Below, one piece after another: positions 49,563 through 58,928 of a stretch of DNA of 64,000 nucleotides. The stretch's first letter is position 1. Each line of letters starts with the position of its first letter. Source of the stretch: a virus. The position numbers and the translations under genes were made by a program. The notes beneath the pieces were generated by a model, which saw only the letters and a program-made list of their open reading frames with translations, searched no databases and was not told the origin of the DNA. The stretch covers positions 1 to 64,000 of the IMG/VR virus record IMGVR_UViG_3300035698_021020. The stretch is one strand, 5' to 3'.

Positions 49563-51238
49563 TAATTGATTGTTGTAAACTCGCCATCTATGAAATTGAT
49601 ATGCTGAGCTTTTCCAGACTTATGAATAATAATATGAGACTGTAACCATGCGCTAGCACCAATATTGTATCCCATTCGCATAACAGTTGAGGTACCTACA
49701 GCTAATGCTCCATCCTTTCTTCCTGGTGAGTGATAATGTCCTACTATTATCTTAGTATTAAGCTTTCTGAATTGTTGTAATGATCCTCTGCTTCCGCTTG
49801 TTCCAACATCTCCATGTTGAGCTAATTCCCAATCTTTAACAATATAACTATCACTTCTTCCTAGAGTAATGAAAGTAGGAAACTTCTGTTCGATAAGTAT
49901 TGGAATAACTCCTTTAATCTCATCATTTCTGTATTGATTAGCATGTTGTTCTAATAACAATTGGCTAAATTGCATATACTCTAATGAGTTCTTAGAAGTG
50001 GATTGTTTCTTCCAATCTCCATCACGTAGCCATCTATCTAAGAAATCATCGTGATTACTTCTAACAATGACGACATTATTATAATGTTGAAAGTCTTCAA
50101 GACCGGTCAACATATAATCTACTTCTCTACGTAATGAATTTGATCCATTTATCTCTTTTCCATATTGAGCAAATGGGTCCTTTGATTCATGATGATTTAT
50201 AGACTTGCCGTCAAATACATCGTGTAGAACCACATGATCTGGATTAACTGTATCCAAAAATCTATGTGTCTCACGCATTACTTCTTTATCTTCATATCCA
50301 TAATGGATGTCTCCTAATACGCAAGCTTCAAGTTTTTCTATTCGAGTTACATTAGATATGCCTTCCCATTTCACCGGTTCTGCACCTAAATTAGCTTTAG
50401 TCCATTCAGCTTTTTCTCTAGCTGTACTGAATAAAATAGGTACATATTCGCCAGTTGATTTTATATCGTATATTAAATCTGAGAAGTCTCCATTTGCATC
50501 TGCTGATACTTGACGTATAAAGAAAGTTTCGTCATCTTTTATCTCAATAATAGCAAAACCTAAAGTATGATGAAATTCTCCTTTCTTTCCGGCTTTAGAA
50601 TCTGTGTAATTCTTAACTGTACATGCTCCTGTCGTAACCATCATTTTAGGTTTACAACCATCTAAGACAGCACACATTTCCATTTGAAGTTTAGGCGAGC
50701 CGAATACACATGAATTAACTCCACTCATACCTTGCATTCCAGTCATTGGATTAACTGCAGTTGGTTGAATCTTAACATCAGACATGATTGATACATATTT
50801 ATGTACATTGTGTCTAGCTGCATCCAGATATGGAATTAAAATTTCGCTCCATACATCAGCTTTTTGCGTTGAGCCTAATGTTGTTGAATTTCGATATCTT
50901 CCTGCAATAACATGAATATCTGCTTTTCTAAATTTAGCATATTCTTGTACACTTGCGAAGAATCGTTCATGTGCTGGAGTATTATTCTGAGCATATGTAA
51001 TAAAGAAAGTCTTAGTTTTCTTGTCGAATTTCTTAGTCCTAGCTTTGATTAATTCGTCAGATTCAACATCCGCCTTTTGTTTTAGACCTAATTCTACTGC
51101 CCATCTAGCAACAGTTCTATGTGACTTATCGATATATTCTGATAAGACTGATATGCGCTGTGACCATGGAATAGCTGAATCATAATAAACTTTTTTGAAA
51201 AATGCTTTATTTGCTGTAGTTAGTTCTTCAAATTTCAT
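49559..51238 (-). CDS. Metallophosphoesterase resembling T5 A1 protein
   Basis: AQNNT, GDIH, HDVFDG, SNHD, QHGD.G..GSRGS, GHYHSP, GYN.GASAW; about 560 aa. Confidence 0.65.
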   Translation of the reverse strand: MKFEELTTANKAFFKKVYYDSAIPWSQRISVLSEYIDKSHRTVARWAVELGLKQKADVESDELIKARTKKFDKKTKTFFITYAQNNTPAHERFFASVQEYAKFRKADIHVIAGRYRNSTTLGSTQKADVWSEILIPYLDAARHNVHKYVSIMSDVKIQPTAVNPMTGMQGMSGVNSCVFGSPKLQMEMCAVLDGCKPKMMVTTGACTVKNYTDSKAGKKGEFHHTLGFAIIEIKDDETFFIRQVSADANGDFSDLIYDIKSTGEYVPILFSTAREKAEWTKANLGAEPVKWEGISNVTRIEKLEACVLGDIHYGYEDKEVMRETHRFLDTVNPDHVVLHDVFDGKSINHHESKDPFAQYGKEINGSNSLRREVDYMLTGLEDFQHYNNVVIVRSNHDDFLDRWLRDGDWKKQSTSKNSLEYMQFSQLLLEQHANQYRNDEIKGVIPILIEQKFPTFITLGRSDSYIVKDWELAQHGDVGTSGSRGSLQQFRKLNTKIIVGHYHSPGRKDGALAVGTSTVMRMGYNIGASAWLQSHIIIHKSGKAQHINFIDGEFTTINY

Positions 51239-51291
51239 TCGTGATAAACTTTTATTAATTACTTATACCACAAAAGGAAAATCAAGTTTTA

Positions 51292-53229
51292 CTATTGATT
51301 TTCCTCTGTAGTTTCATTATTCTCCTCGGAAGTAATGATATTGCCAATTGCTGATAGTCCTTTAAAGGTGACTTGAGATTCATTTAACTTAGTATATTCA
51401 CGTTCTTCTTTAATAGCAGCATCTTCAGTCGTTCCTTCTAATTCATTTCTAAGATTAAAAAACTCTGAAGCGATAGATTTTGGAACCTTCTTCTTAAATT
51501 CTTGAAAATTAGAATCTCTAATTAATGCTAACAAATCAGATGAAGCTACATAAGTAGGAAGCTCTATTAATTTGAAATCATCCATGAATTTGAATGGGAT
51601 TCTTCTTTTCTTTATGTGATCTAATTGAACTGCGAAATCTTTAATTCGCTTTTCAGTTGTTCCCCATAAGACTGGTTTATAATCTGATTGAATTGCATCA
51701 ATTACTTCCTCAATTTGACCAGAAGAAATTATTTTAATCTCAATTATATCTTGTGAATACTCTTGTTGAACTTTAGAAAGCATTGTTTTAGTTTGCTTTA
51801 AAGTAAATGGAGAAGTTTTAGTTTGAGAATCTGATTTGATTGCAATCAACACAGTCTTATGTCCATTTTCAGCATTCAATTTCTGAGTAGCCTTAATATG
51901 ACCTATTGAAATAGGCTGAAATTTCCCAATTAAAATATTAACAGAAGTTACTTTATGTTTTCTAGATCTATTTCTAACTGATTCTTGTTCGCTAACTAAT
52001 CCGCTTCCAACTGATACTCCGATGAATTCTTTGAAACTTGGGAATAAGCCCTCATAAACTGCATCTCCCATTATAATATTCTTAATCTTCTTAATAACGA
52101 GGTTCAACTGATTAAGCAATTCTGGAGTAAAGAATCCAGCTTGTGATTTCTTTCGAGTTCTTCTAAAGAAATTCAATAGAATTTTGTATATCTCAGTATA
52201 TGTTTCATTATTCGCAATAATTGACTTTACTTCTGGATCATTAATCAATTCAGTATTTAAAGCAAATTCAGGTCTCTTTAAATAATCTGGAACTTCTAAC
52301 ATAAGTCCTTTATATTTTGAGCTATATTCCTTAATAAAATCTTTGAATATCTTATTTATAAGATTCAAATACTTCTCATCAAAGGTTGAACCTGAGTTAG
52401 CTGCTTGTGTTAATTCCGAAATATCATAAAGCTCAATATGGTTCATAATATCTAATATGATGAGCCAAATATAATCTTGTGAAACATTCGGTTTAGCTTC
52501 ATTATCTTTAAGTCTCTGTTGGAATACCGGATCCATGATCTTTGCTAAGAAAACTCGTTCTTCTGGATTTTCCGAAGCATCGTCATAAAATCTAAATACA
52601 ATAGTATCTATATCTCTACCACCAGTGATGAAGGATTCATCAGCTAGAATCGATAGAATATATTTAGTGAATGATTTAGTTCTGAATTTATCATTAAGTT
52701 CATCTAACGGAGTATATATAAATTCCAATATATCAGAGCGTTGCTCATCATCTAAATGACCTTCAAATACGATTGGAGGTCTTTCTACTTCTAAGTAATC
52801 TGCCCATTTGTCAAGTTGTTCCTTAGTCTGAACAGTCTTTAAAATATTTCCTGAATCATCTAATCGATGAATATAAGAAAGCATCAAGTCATTCTTAGGA
52901 ATAACCTTAAGTCCTTGTTCATATGCATCTCCTCTAGTAAAATATTGAAATCCGAAATAGAAGTTAGATAGAATTCTATTACGCTTTTCTGGTGACATAC
53001 TGTTAAAGTATGATATTGCTGGATTGTAGTACTTCATTAGCACTCTATCCACATAACTAATTTCACCTGATTTTTTGAAGTATTGGAATCTATCATCTTT
53101 GCTTTTCTTTACACCAAAGAAGGCACCATCTATTCTCTCATTTATGATAACATAATTGTTGAGTAGACCGGTTAGAAAGTCTTTACCTTTCTTCTCATAA
53201 ATCTCACGTAAATTGTTTATTCCTGCCAT
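51292..53229 (-). CDS. Ligase-like N-domain fused to HxGH-type nucleotidyltransferase
   Basis: INERIDG near the N-terminus; IGKFQPISIGH...SPF in the C-domain. Confidence 0.55.
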   Translation of the reverse strand: MAGINNLREIYEKKGKDFLTGLLNNYVIINERIDGAFFGVKKSKDDRFQYFKKSGEISYVDRVLMKYYNPAISYFNSMSPEKRNRILSNFYFGFQYFTRGDAYEQGLKVIPKNDLMLSYIHRLDDSGNILKTVQTKEQLDKWADYLEVERPPIVFEGHLDDEQRSDILEFIYTPLDELNDKFRTKSFTKYILSILADESFITGGRDIDTIVFRFYDDASENPEERVFLAKIMDPVFQQRLKDNEAKPNVSQDYIWLIILDIMNHIELYDISELTQAANSGSTFDEKYLNLINKIFKDFIKEYSSKYKGLMLEVPDYLKRPEFALNTELINDPEVKSIIANNETYTEIYKILLNFFRRTRKKSQAGFFTPELLNQLNLVIKKIKNIIMGDAVYEGLFPSFKEFIGVSVGSGLVSEQESVRNRSRKHKVTSVNILIGKFQPISIGHIKATQKLNAENGHKTVLIAIKSDSQTKTSPFTLKQTKTMLSKVQQEYSQDIIEIKIISSGQIEEVIDAIQSDYKPVLWGTTEKRIKDFAVQLDHIKKRRIPFKFMDDFKLIELPTYVASSDLLALIRDSNFQEFKKKVPKSIASEFFNLRNELEGTTEDAAIKEEREYTKLNESQVTFKGLSAIGNIITSEENNETTEENQ

Positions 53230-53241
53230 GATGTGTATTGA

Positions 53242-53835
53242 TTATAGATCGCTATTATCTATCTCTGGCTTAACCTCAGCCTTTGGCTTCTCTTCTACTT
53301 CTTTTTCTACTTCTGGTTTAGCCTCTTTCTTAGGTCCATTTTCTTCTTCTTTTCGATGAAGTTCTGTTCTAATACTCTTTGAGTCCATACTAATTGTAAT
53401 ACTTTGGATGCTATCTGCATCTTCTTTATTCTTAAGGAAGTATTTTAAAAGTTTCTTAAGATTCATATTAAGTGACTCTTCTCCGAAACCGCCAGTCTCA
53501 CTTATTTTGTCCTTTAATTCTTTAGTAGCTTCCCAGCTTCCTTTGTAACTAATTGACCAAACATAAAATCTAACGTCTTCATCCTTACTTCCGTAATAAT
53601 GATCATGGTCTTTAATCTTTTGGATTGCGCCATTTGCATCTCGATAAGTAGTAGTTCTACCTAAAGTATCAGTCGGCACTCCGAATCTCACACTATCAGG
53701 AAGAACTTGCATTAGTTCTTCAATACGTTCAATGATTTGACCAGACTTATAACCTTTTAAAGGTTTGCCCTTTTTATCGCTGTGTTCGTCTTGTTCCTTT
53801 AGATATTCGGTGAATCCTATAACTCTTCTACCCAT
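53242..53835 (-). CDS. Hypothetical late protein
   Basis: Late box at 53845-53860; VIGFTEYLKE N-motif. Confidence 0.6.
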   Translation of the reverse strand: MGRRVIGFTEYLKEQDEHSDKKGKPLKGYKSGQIIERIEELMQVLPDSVRFGVPTDTLGRTTTYRDANGAIQKIKDHDHYYGSKDEDVRFYVWSISYKGSWEATKELKDKISETGGFGEESLNMNLKKLLKYFLKNKEDADSIQSITISMDSKSIRTELHRKEEENGPKKEAKPEVEKEVEEKPKAEVKPEIDNSDL

Positions 53836-53855
53836 TGTGATAGATTTTTTATTAT

Positions 53856-54473
53856 TTATCCTAAGACTGGAATGCTATTCACTATATTATTCATAGTCTT
53901 ATTAAACCTAGCAATACTCTCTTCATCAAAGTTATTATTGAAATATTCCAATGAATTATTTCTAGTAGTATCAGCCATATGTCTAGTCATCTGATAATAT
54001 ACTTTAGAAAAGTATCTAGATTCTATTTCAGGATTCTCGAAATTGTCAAAATAGTCATGTGATTTATCACGATCTGAATCATTAAGATCTGCTGATCTAG
54101 TTATATGTAATACACTTACGTCATGAAATAACTCAGAATTACTTAAAACAGCTTCAAATTCATCCATTAATCTTCCTTCATGCATTCTACGTCTATACAT
54201 AGACCAAACATATGCTGAGAAAATCGACCTGTCAAATACTAGAATCTTATCTTTAAATATCGTATTATTCAATTCAAAAATAGTTAGAACATTTGCTATG
54301 CTGAAGTAATGTATTCCAGGACCAGTCTCTTGATCCTCTAGTCCTAAGTCGCTCAAATACTTTGAGAATTGGAACTTATAATATTGAACACGCGGGTCTG
54401 TATTTTGTGCAAAGAATGCATCCATTAAATGCGTTTTTCCCACGTGCCTACTACCTTCTACTAATATTAACAT
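53856..54473 (-). CDS. Thymidylate-kinase-like dNMP kinase
   Basis: ILVEGSRHVGKT P-loop, FDRS. Confidence 0.7.
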   Translation of the reverse strand: MLILVEGSRHVGKTHLMDAFFAQNTDPRVQYYKFQFSKYLSDLGLEDQETGPGIHYFSIANVLTIFELNNTIFKDKILVFDRSIFSAYVWSMYRRRMHEGRLMDEFEAVLSNSELFHDVSVLHITRSADLNDSDRDKSHDYFDNFENPEIESRYFSKVYYQMTRHMADTTRNNSLEYFNNNFDEESIARFNKTMNNIVNSIPVLG

Positions 54474-54516
54474 TCGTTTAATTTTTTTAAATATCGTGGG
54501 CCTTCAATCATTAAAA

Positions 54517-55068
54517 TCATATCAGTATTACTTTTTTAGCACCGCTTATTTGAATATTGTCAATCTTGAACATGTTAGACTTATCAACCAAATATAGTTT
54601 TACCTCATATGCATGTTCAACACTATTAAAATAGTCTTGATACAATGAAAGCTGATGAATAGAATCTTCATAAATCTCAATGACATTAATATTCGGACGA
54701 GCCTCCAGCATTATGATAACTTCATCTACTTTTGGGGTTCTTCGTCCTAAGAAATGAAATTCGTTAAATTTAATGCTTCTATTACTTAGAACTAACTTAA
54801 CTTCTTTTTCTACTTCTTTAACTCTGTGAGTTATTAAAGTTTGAAAGGTCTTCATATCTCCTCTGCCTTCTTTCCACGCATCATATACTGGTCCAACCAT
54901 TTGAATGTTGTATACATTATCATTTAATGAATTCGGGTGGTCATAAAAGTCATACGGGTGTGTGAACGTTATTTCTGAATTTTCTGCTAGTCTTTTGCTA
55001 GCATAACTAGGGACTCGAACGAATGTCTCGTCAAAGTCAAATACTTGTAATCGATTATATTGTTCCAT
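54517..55068 (-). CDS. HAD-family phosphatase
   Basis: VFDFDET, LITHR, K, YEDS; start re-assigned to MEQYNR at 55068. Confidence 0.7.
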   Translation of the reverse strand: MEQYNRLQVFDFDETFVRVPSYASKRLAENSEITFTHPYDFYDHPNSLNDNVYNIQMVGPVYDAWKEGRGDMKTFQTLITHRVKEVEKEVKLVLSNRSIKFNEFHFLGRRTPKVDEVIIMLEARPNINVIEIYEDSIHQLSLYQDYFNSVEHAYEVKLYLVDKSNMFKIDNIQISGAKKVILI

Positions 55069-55108
55069 GTACCTGTCTTCTACAGATAAATAATAAAAAG
55101 TTTTCAAC

Positions 55109-55597
55109 TTGGGCAAACTCAAATACATAATGCTGCGTGAAGAACTTATCGAAGATGAGGCAGAAACTTCTGAGGGTACTTGGAATCATATTCGAGATGC
55201 AATACAAACAAAAGTTCCATTTGTCATAATCACATTTAAGACTAAGGAAAGCTGTAATGCTGCAATTAAAACAGATCTTAGAGAATATAATGTGACTCGT
55301 CAATTAAATATTCTGTATAGAAATAATGATAAGTTGAAATACCCATCCGTTTTCTTCGTATTAAATAAAGACTTTGACTTTAAAGAAAGAGTTAAGGATC
55401 TATTTGAGAAATATGATGTTCGAATGATTATTATTGGAGTACAGAATGGAGATTCATCTACTGTTTACTTTGAAGATGGCTCGTCTAGTAATTATGGAAA
55501 CGAAGTAGTCAATGTGCTTGACCAAGCTGAATTCCAAAATGAGGATCACTTCAAAGTAGGTTCAATGCATTACCAATTCGTAGAATTTAAAAAATAA
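55109..55597 (+). CDS. Hypothetical late protein
   Basis: TTG start after late box 55085-55099. Confidence 0.6.
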   Translation: MGKLKYIMLREELIEDEAETSEGTWNHIRDAIQTKVPFVIITFKTKESCNAAIKTDLREYNVTRQLNILYRNNDKLKYPSVFFVLNKDFDFKERVKDLFEKYDVRMIIIGVQNGDSSTVYFEDGSSSNYGNEVVNVLDQAEFQNEDHFKVGSMHYQFVEFKK

Positions 55598-55622
55598 ACT
55601 ATTATACTACTTTGAGTATAAG
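55596..55622 (+). promoter_or_regulatory. Putative early/middle promoter
   Basis: AAACT-N15-GTATAAG upstream of uvsY/uvsW. Confidence 0.65.
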
Positions 55623-55640
55623 ATATAAAACATTGATTAA

Positions 55641-56099
55641 ATGAGCGATGTTGCAAAATCAGAAAAGGAATTAACTCCACAAGAAAAAATGGCTGCTCGC
55701 TTTGAAACAGAGCGAAGTAAAGTATCAAAGGAAATTTACGAAAATATTGGCTATCTATCTAGCTTGAATACTCTTGGTCAAGCACAAGTCAATATGTTAT
55801 CATTACGACAACGTCTACTTGAGGATAATCATACTCTGTTAGAACATATAACTAAACTTCAAAGAGATTATAGAAAGAAAAGAGCGCTTGCTCTTGAACA
55901 ACTCTCAACGAATCAACAATATCGGTTCCAATCTAAGGAAAAAGATGCATTAGTAGATGGAAAGCTTTCCGATACTAAGCAATGGCTTGAAATGTTTGAA
56001 AATCAAGTTCAATTCTTTAATGATACTATGCGAACAGTTGACAACATCATTTTTGGACTCAAAACTCGACTAGATATAGAAAAAACAGTAGGCATGTAA
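55641..56099 (+). CDS. UvsY-like recombination mediator
   Basis: Helical 152 aa protein with a D..IFGLK..LD.EK C-terminus, adjacent to uvsW. Confidence 0.55.
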   Translation: MSDVAKSEKELTPQEKMAARFETERSKVSKEIYENIGYLSSLNTLGQAQVNMLSLRQRLLEDNHTLLEHITKLQRDYRKKRALALEQLSTNQQYRFQSKEKDALVDGKLSDTKQWLEMFENQVQFFNDTMRTVDNIIFGLKTRLDIEKTVGM

Positions 56100-56101
56100 T
56101 C

Positions 56102-57124
56102 ATGCTTAGGTTTAAAATATCTGAGGACAAGAAAACCGTTAAGCTTGTTCATTTCGATCTGAATTCTGAACGGAGCCACCTAGTTTCTTACTTCAAAAAG
56201 AAATCAAAGAAAGCTGACTTTAATGTGTTGGTTGAACGTGGCATATGGGATGGAATGGATTCATTCTTTAAAGACAACGAGATAAAAATAGGTCTATGGA
56301 AAGAGATCTATAATTTCGCTGACCAATACGGTTATGAAACTGAAATTGAAGGAATAGAGAAGCATCTAAATTTATCATTCACTAAGGAGAAGTATGACAA
56401 GTATGTTACTGATTTACTTGATGGAGTTACTGACGAATTTGGAGAGCCTCTAATTCCAAGAAATTATCAAGCTGAGTCTGCATATAGAGCAATAAAGTAT
56501 AAATTCTGTACTCAAGAACTAGCAACTGCTGCTGGTAAGACCTTAATCTTCTACATATTCAATTCATTCCTTAGAGACGCTGGCAAAATTAACAAAAAGT
56601 CAAAGGCTTTGTTAATCGTTCCAAAGGCTGGATTAGTAAACCAGACAGCACTTGCATTTAACAGATTTACAAAGAAAGGGAGAGATCCACTTAAGCTTTG
56701 CCTAATTGGTGGAAAGAATAAATTCGACCAGAAGATATTTGATGAATCTGAAATGATTATAGCCACTTATCAAAGCCTAAATCATTGGCCAGAGGAGAGG
56801 TTCAAGTCAATTTATTGTGTAGATGTTGATGAATGCTTGCATCCAAGCACTTTAATAACAATGTCGGATTATACTACTAAGTCTATCTCTAATATTAATA
56901 TTGGAGATTCCATAATAACAAAGAATGATATGACTGGAGAACTAGAAGTCAGTGAAGTAGATAAAATACATCATAATTTATCTAGTGAAGAAAATATGTT
57001 TGACTTGGAGTTAGAGGATGGGACTAATATATTACTTACTGGTAATCATAGAATTAAATTAGTATCTGGTGAATATATTAGAGTTGATGAATTAACTGGA
57101 GAAGAAGATATTATGTCCCTCTAA
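56102..57124 (+). CDS. uvsW: UvsW helicase N-extein fused to split-intein N-half
   Basis: WDG, PRNYQ, ATAAGKT, TYQS, VDE, then CLHPSTLITMSD (from 56834) and LTGNHRI. Confidence 0.9.
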   Translation: MLRFKISEDKKTVKLVHFDLNSERSHLVSYFKKKSKKADFNVLVERGIWDGMDSFFKDNEIKIGLWKEIYNFADQYGYETEIEGIEKHLNLSFTKEKYDKYVTDLLDGVTDEFGEPLIPRNYQAESAYRAIKYKFCTQELATAAGKTLIFYIFNSFLRDAGKINKKSKALLIVPKAGLVNQTALAFNRFTKKGRDPLKLCLIGGKNKFDQKIFDESEMIIATYQSLNHWPEERFKSIYCVDVDECLHPSTLITMSDYTTKSISNINIGDSIITKNDMTGELEVSEVDKIHHNLSSEENMFDLELEDGTNILLTGNHRIKLVSGEYIRVDELTGEEDIMSL

Positions 57125-57141
57125 TTTTATGAAGTTCTTTA

Positions 57142-57149
57142 TATAAATA
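57142..57149 (+). promoter_or_regulatory. Perfect T4-type late box TATAAATA upstream of endonuclease
   Basis: Exact TATAAATA ending 12 nt before ATG 57162. Confidence 0.65.
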
Positions 57150-57161
57150 AAAGTAAAGGAA

Positions 57162-57976
57162 ATGACTAAACTCGAATTATATAACCATATAAATACAAAT
57201 AAGTCTAAATTTATTGCTATTTCCGGTAAAAGTATTGATGATAATTTAAAAATTGGTTAGAACAAGAGAAAATATCAATTCCAATACCTAAAATAACAGT
57301 AAATGCAGTATATGACTATCTTTTAAATAATAAAGGAAAATATTGTGCACTTTGTCGTTCTGAAAATAGATTCAAATCTTTAAATTTAGGATATACTTTA
57401 TTTTGTTCAAAGTCGTGTCTTCATAAATGGCGATCTATTAATATGTCTGGTAAAAACAATAATGTCTTTAAAATGTCAAATGAAGCCAAATTAATCAGTA
57501 GAAAAAGGCAATCTGATACTATGAAACAACTTATATTAGATGGTAAGTTTACACCAACTGTAACAAATAGCTGGTGTAAATCTAGAATTAAAGTCAATAT
57601 TTCTAGAAATAGTGAAGATATTATAATATCATGTCGATCATCTTGGGACGCATATTTTCAAATACATAATCCTACTTTTTTATATGAGAATGTTAGAATA
57701 CCATATGAATATTGTGGAAAATTCAAAGTTTATTTAGTAGATTTTGTTGATACTTCTAATAGAAAACTATATGAGATTAAACCAAGTGGATTAATTGAGT
57801 CTAAAATGAATAGACTTAAAGAACATGCTGCTATTTCTTGGGCTAAATCAAATAATTATACCTTTGAATTTATTACTCAAAAATGGTTTAAGAAATACTT
57901 TGATATATCGAAAATAAAAACGCAGTCTGAATATACTAAAATTAAAAGATTACTATCCCAATTTCATGAAAATTAA
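57162..57976 (+). mobile_element. Free-standing PD-(D/E)XK (TnsA-N-like) endonuclease within fractured uvsW, interrupted by a -1 frameshift
   Basis: Frame from ATG 57162 stops at TAG 57258-57260; the -1 frame is open with CALC/CSKSC and joins ORF 57443..57976 (RSSW, YE..RIPY, YLVDF, YEIKP). Confidence 0.75.
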
Positions 57977-58928
57977 AAAAATAACAAAATTAGGTAGGGC
58001 AGGGGAAGTTTTTAACTTGCGTATTAAAACACAATCTGATGCAAATCATAATTATTTTGCAAATGGAATAAATGTAGCAAATTGTCATAAAAGTAGAGGA
58101 AATGTAATCAAGAAGGTAATAGAATACTGTATAAACTGGAGATATATGCTTGGTTTATCTGGAACAGTAAAGCTTGATGAAAAATACTCCGATTATTTCA
58201 GAATGCTTGAAACAATTGGTCCATTGGTTCTTACTTTATCTGCGAAGCACCTAATTGACAATCAGTATTCTCCAAATATCAAAATTAAGCAAATTAAGCT
58301 GGCTTATGATAAAGATAGTGAATATTTGAAGAAATATTGGGACTTGAAGGCAAATGGGGCTTCCATGTACTCAAATAAGCGAGATTTTGGAGGAGATATG
58401 TTCGAATTGGAAAAACAATTCCTTTATAATAATCCAGAACGACTATCTTTCATAAATGAACTAGTTAGGCGTCTAAATAAGAACACATTAGTCTTATTTT
58501 CGAATATCAAAGATGAATATGGCAAAAAGATATATGAAGAGATTTCAAAATGGAATAAGCATACCTTTTATATCGATGGTGAAGTAGATAATGATCTTCG
58601 TGAACAATATAAGGCAATAATGGAAGCAGAAGACAATGTTGTCATCGTTGCTTCATTTGGGACGTTCTCAACCGGTATTGATATTAAGAAAGTGTATCAC
58701 ATTATCTTTGCTGAATCAACCAAAGCTGAAATAACCATTCGCCAATCGATAGGTAGAGGAATGAGAGCGTTTAAGAATAAATTAGCAACATATATTTGGG
58801 ACATCGTCGATATGCTTGATGGATATATGGTCAAGCACTCAAAGGCTCGACTTAAGATCTATAAAGAGCAGAAATTTGAAGTATCTAATATGGATGTAGA
58901 TCTAACGAAGTTCAATAAGCCTAATTGA
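57966..58928 (+). CDS. uvsW: Split-intein C-half fused to UvsW C-extein
   Basis: MKIKKI...VFNL...NHNYFANGINVAN|CH, then GLSGT, STGIDI, QSIGRGMR, DIVD. Confidence 0.9.
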   Translation: MKIKKITKLGRAGEVFNLRIKTQSDANHNYFANGINVANCHKSRGNVIKKVIEYCINWRYMLGLSGTVKLDEKYSDYFRMLETIGPLVLTLSAKHLIDNQYSPNIKIKQIKLAYDKDSEYLKKYWDLKANGASMYSNKRDFGGDMFELEKQFLYNNPERLSFINELVRRLNKNTLVLFSNIKDEYGKKIYEEISKWNKHTFYIDGEVDNDLREQYKAIMEAEDNVVIVASFGTFSTGIDIKKVYHIIFAESTKAEITIRQSIGRGMRAFKNKLATYIWDIVDMLDGYMVKHSKARLKIYKEQKFEVSNMDVDLTKFNKPN

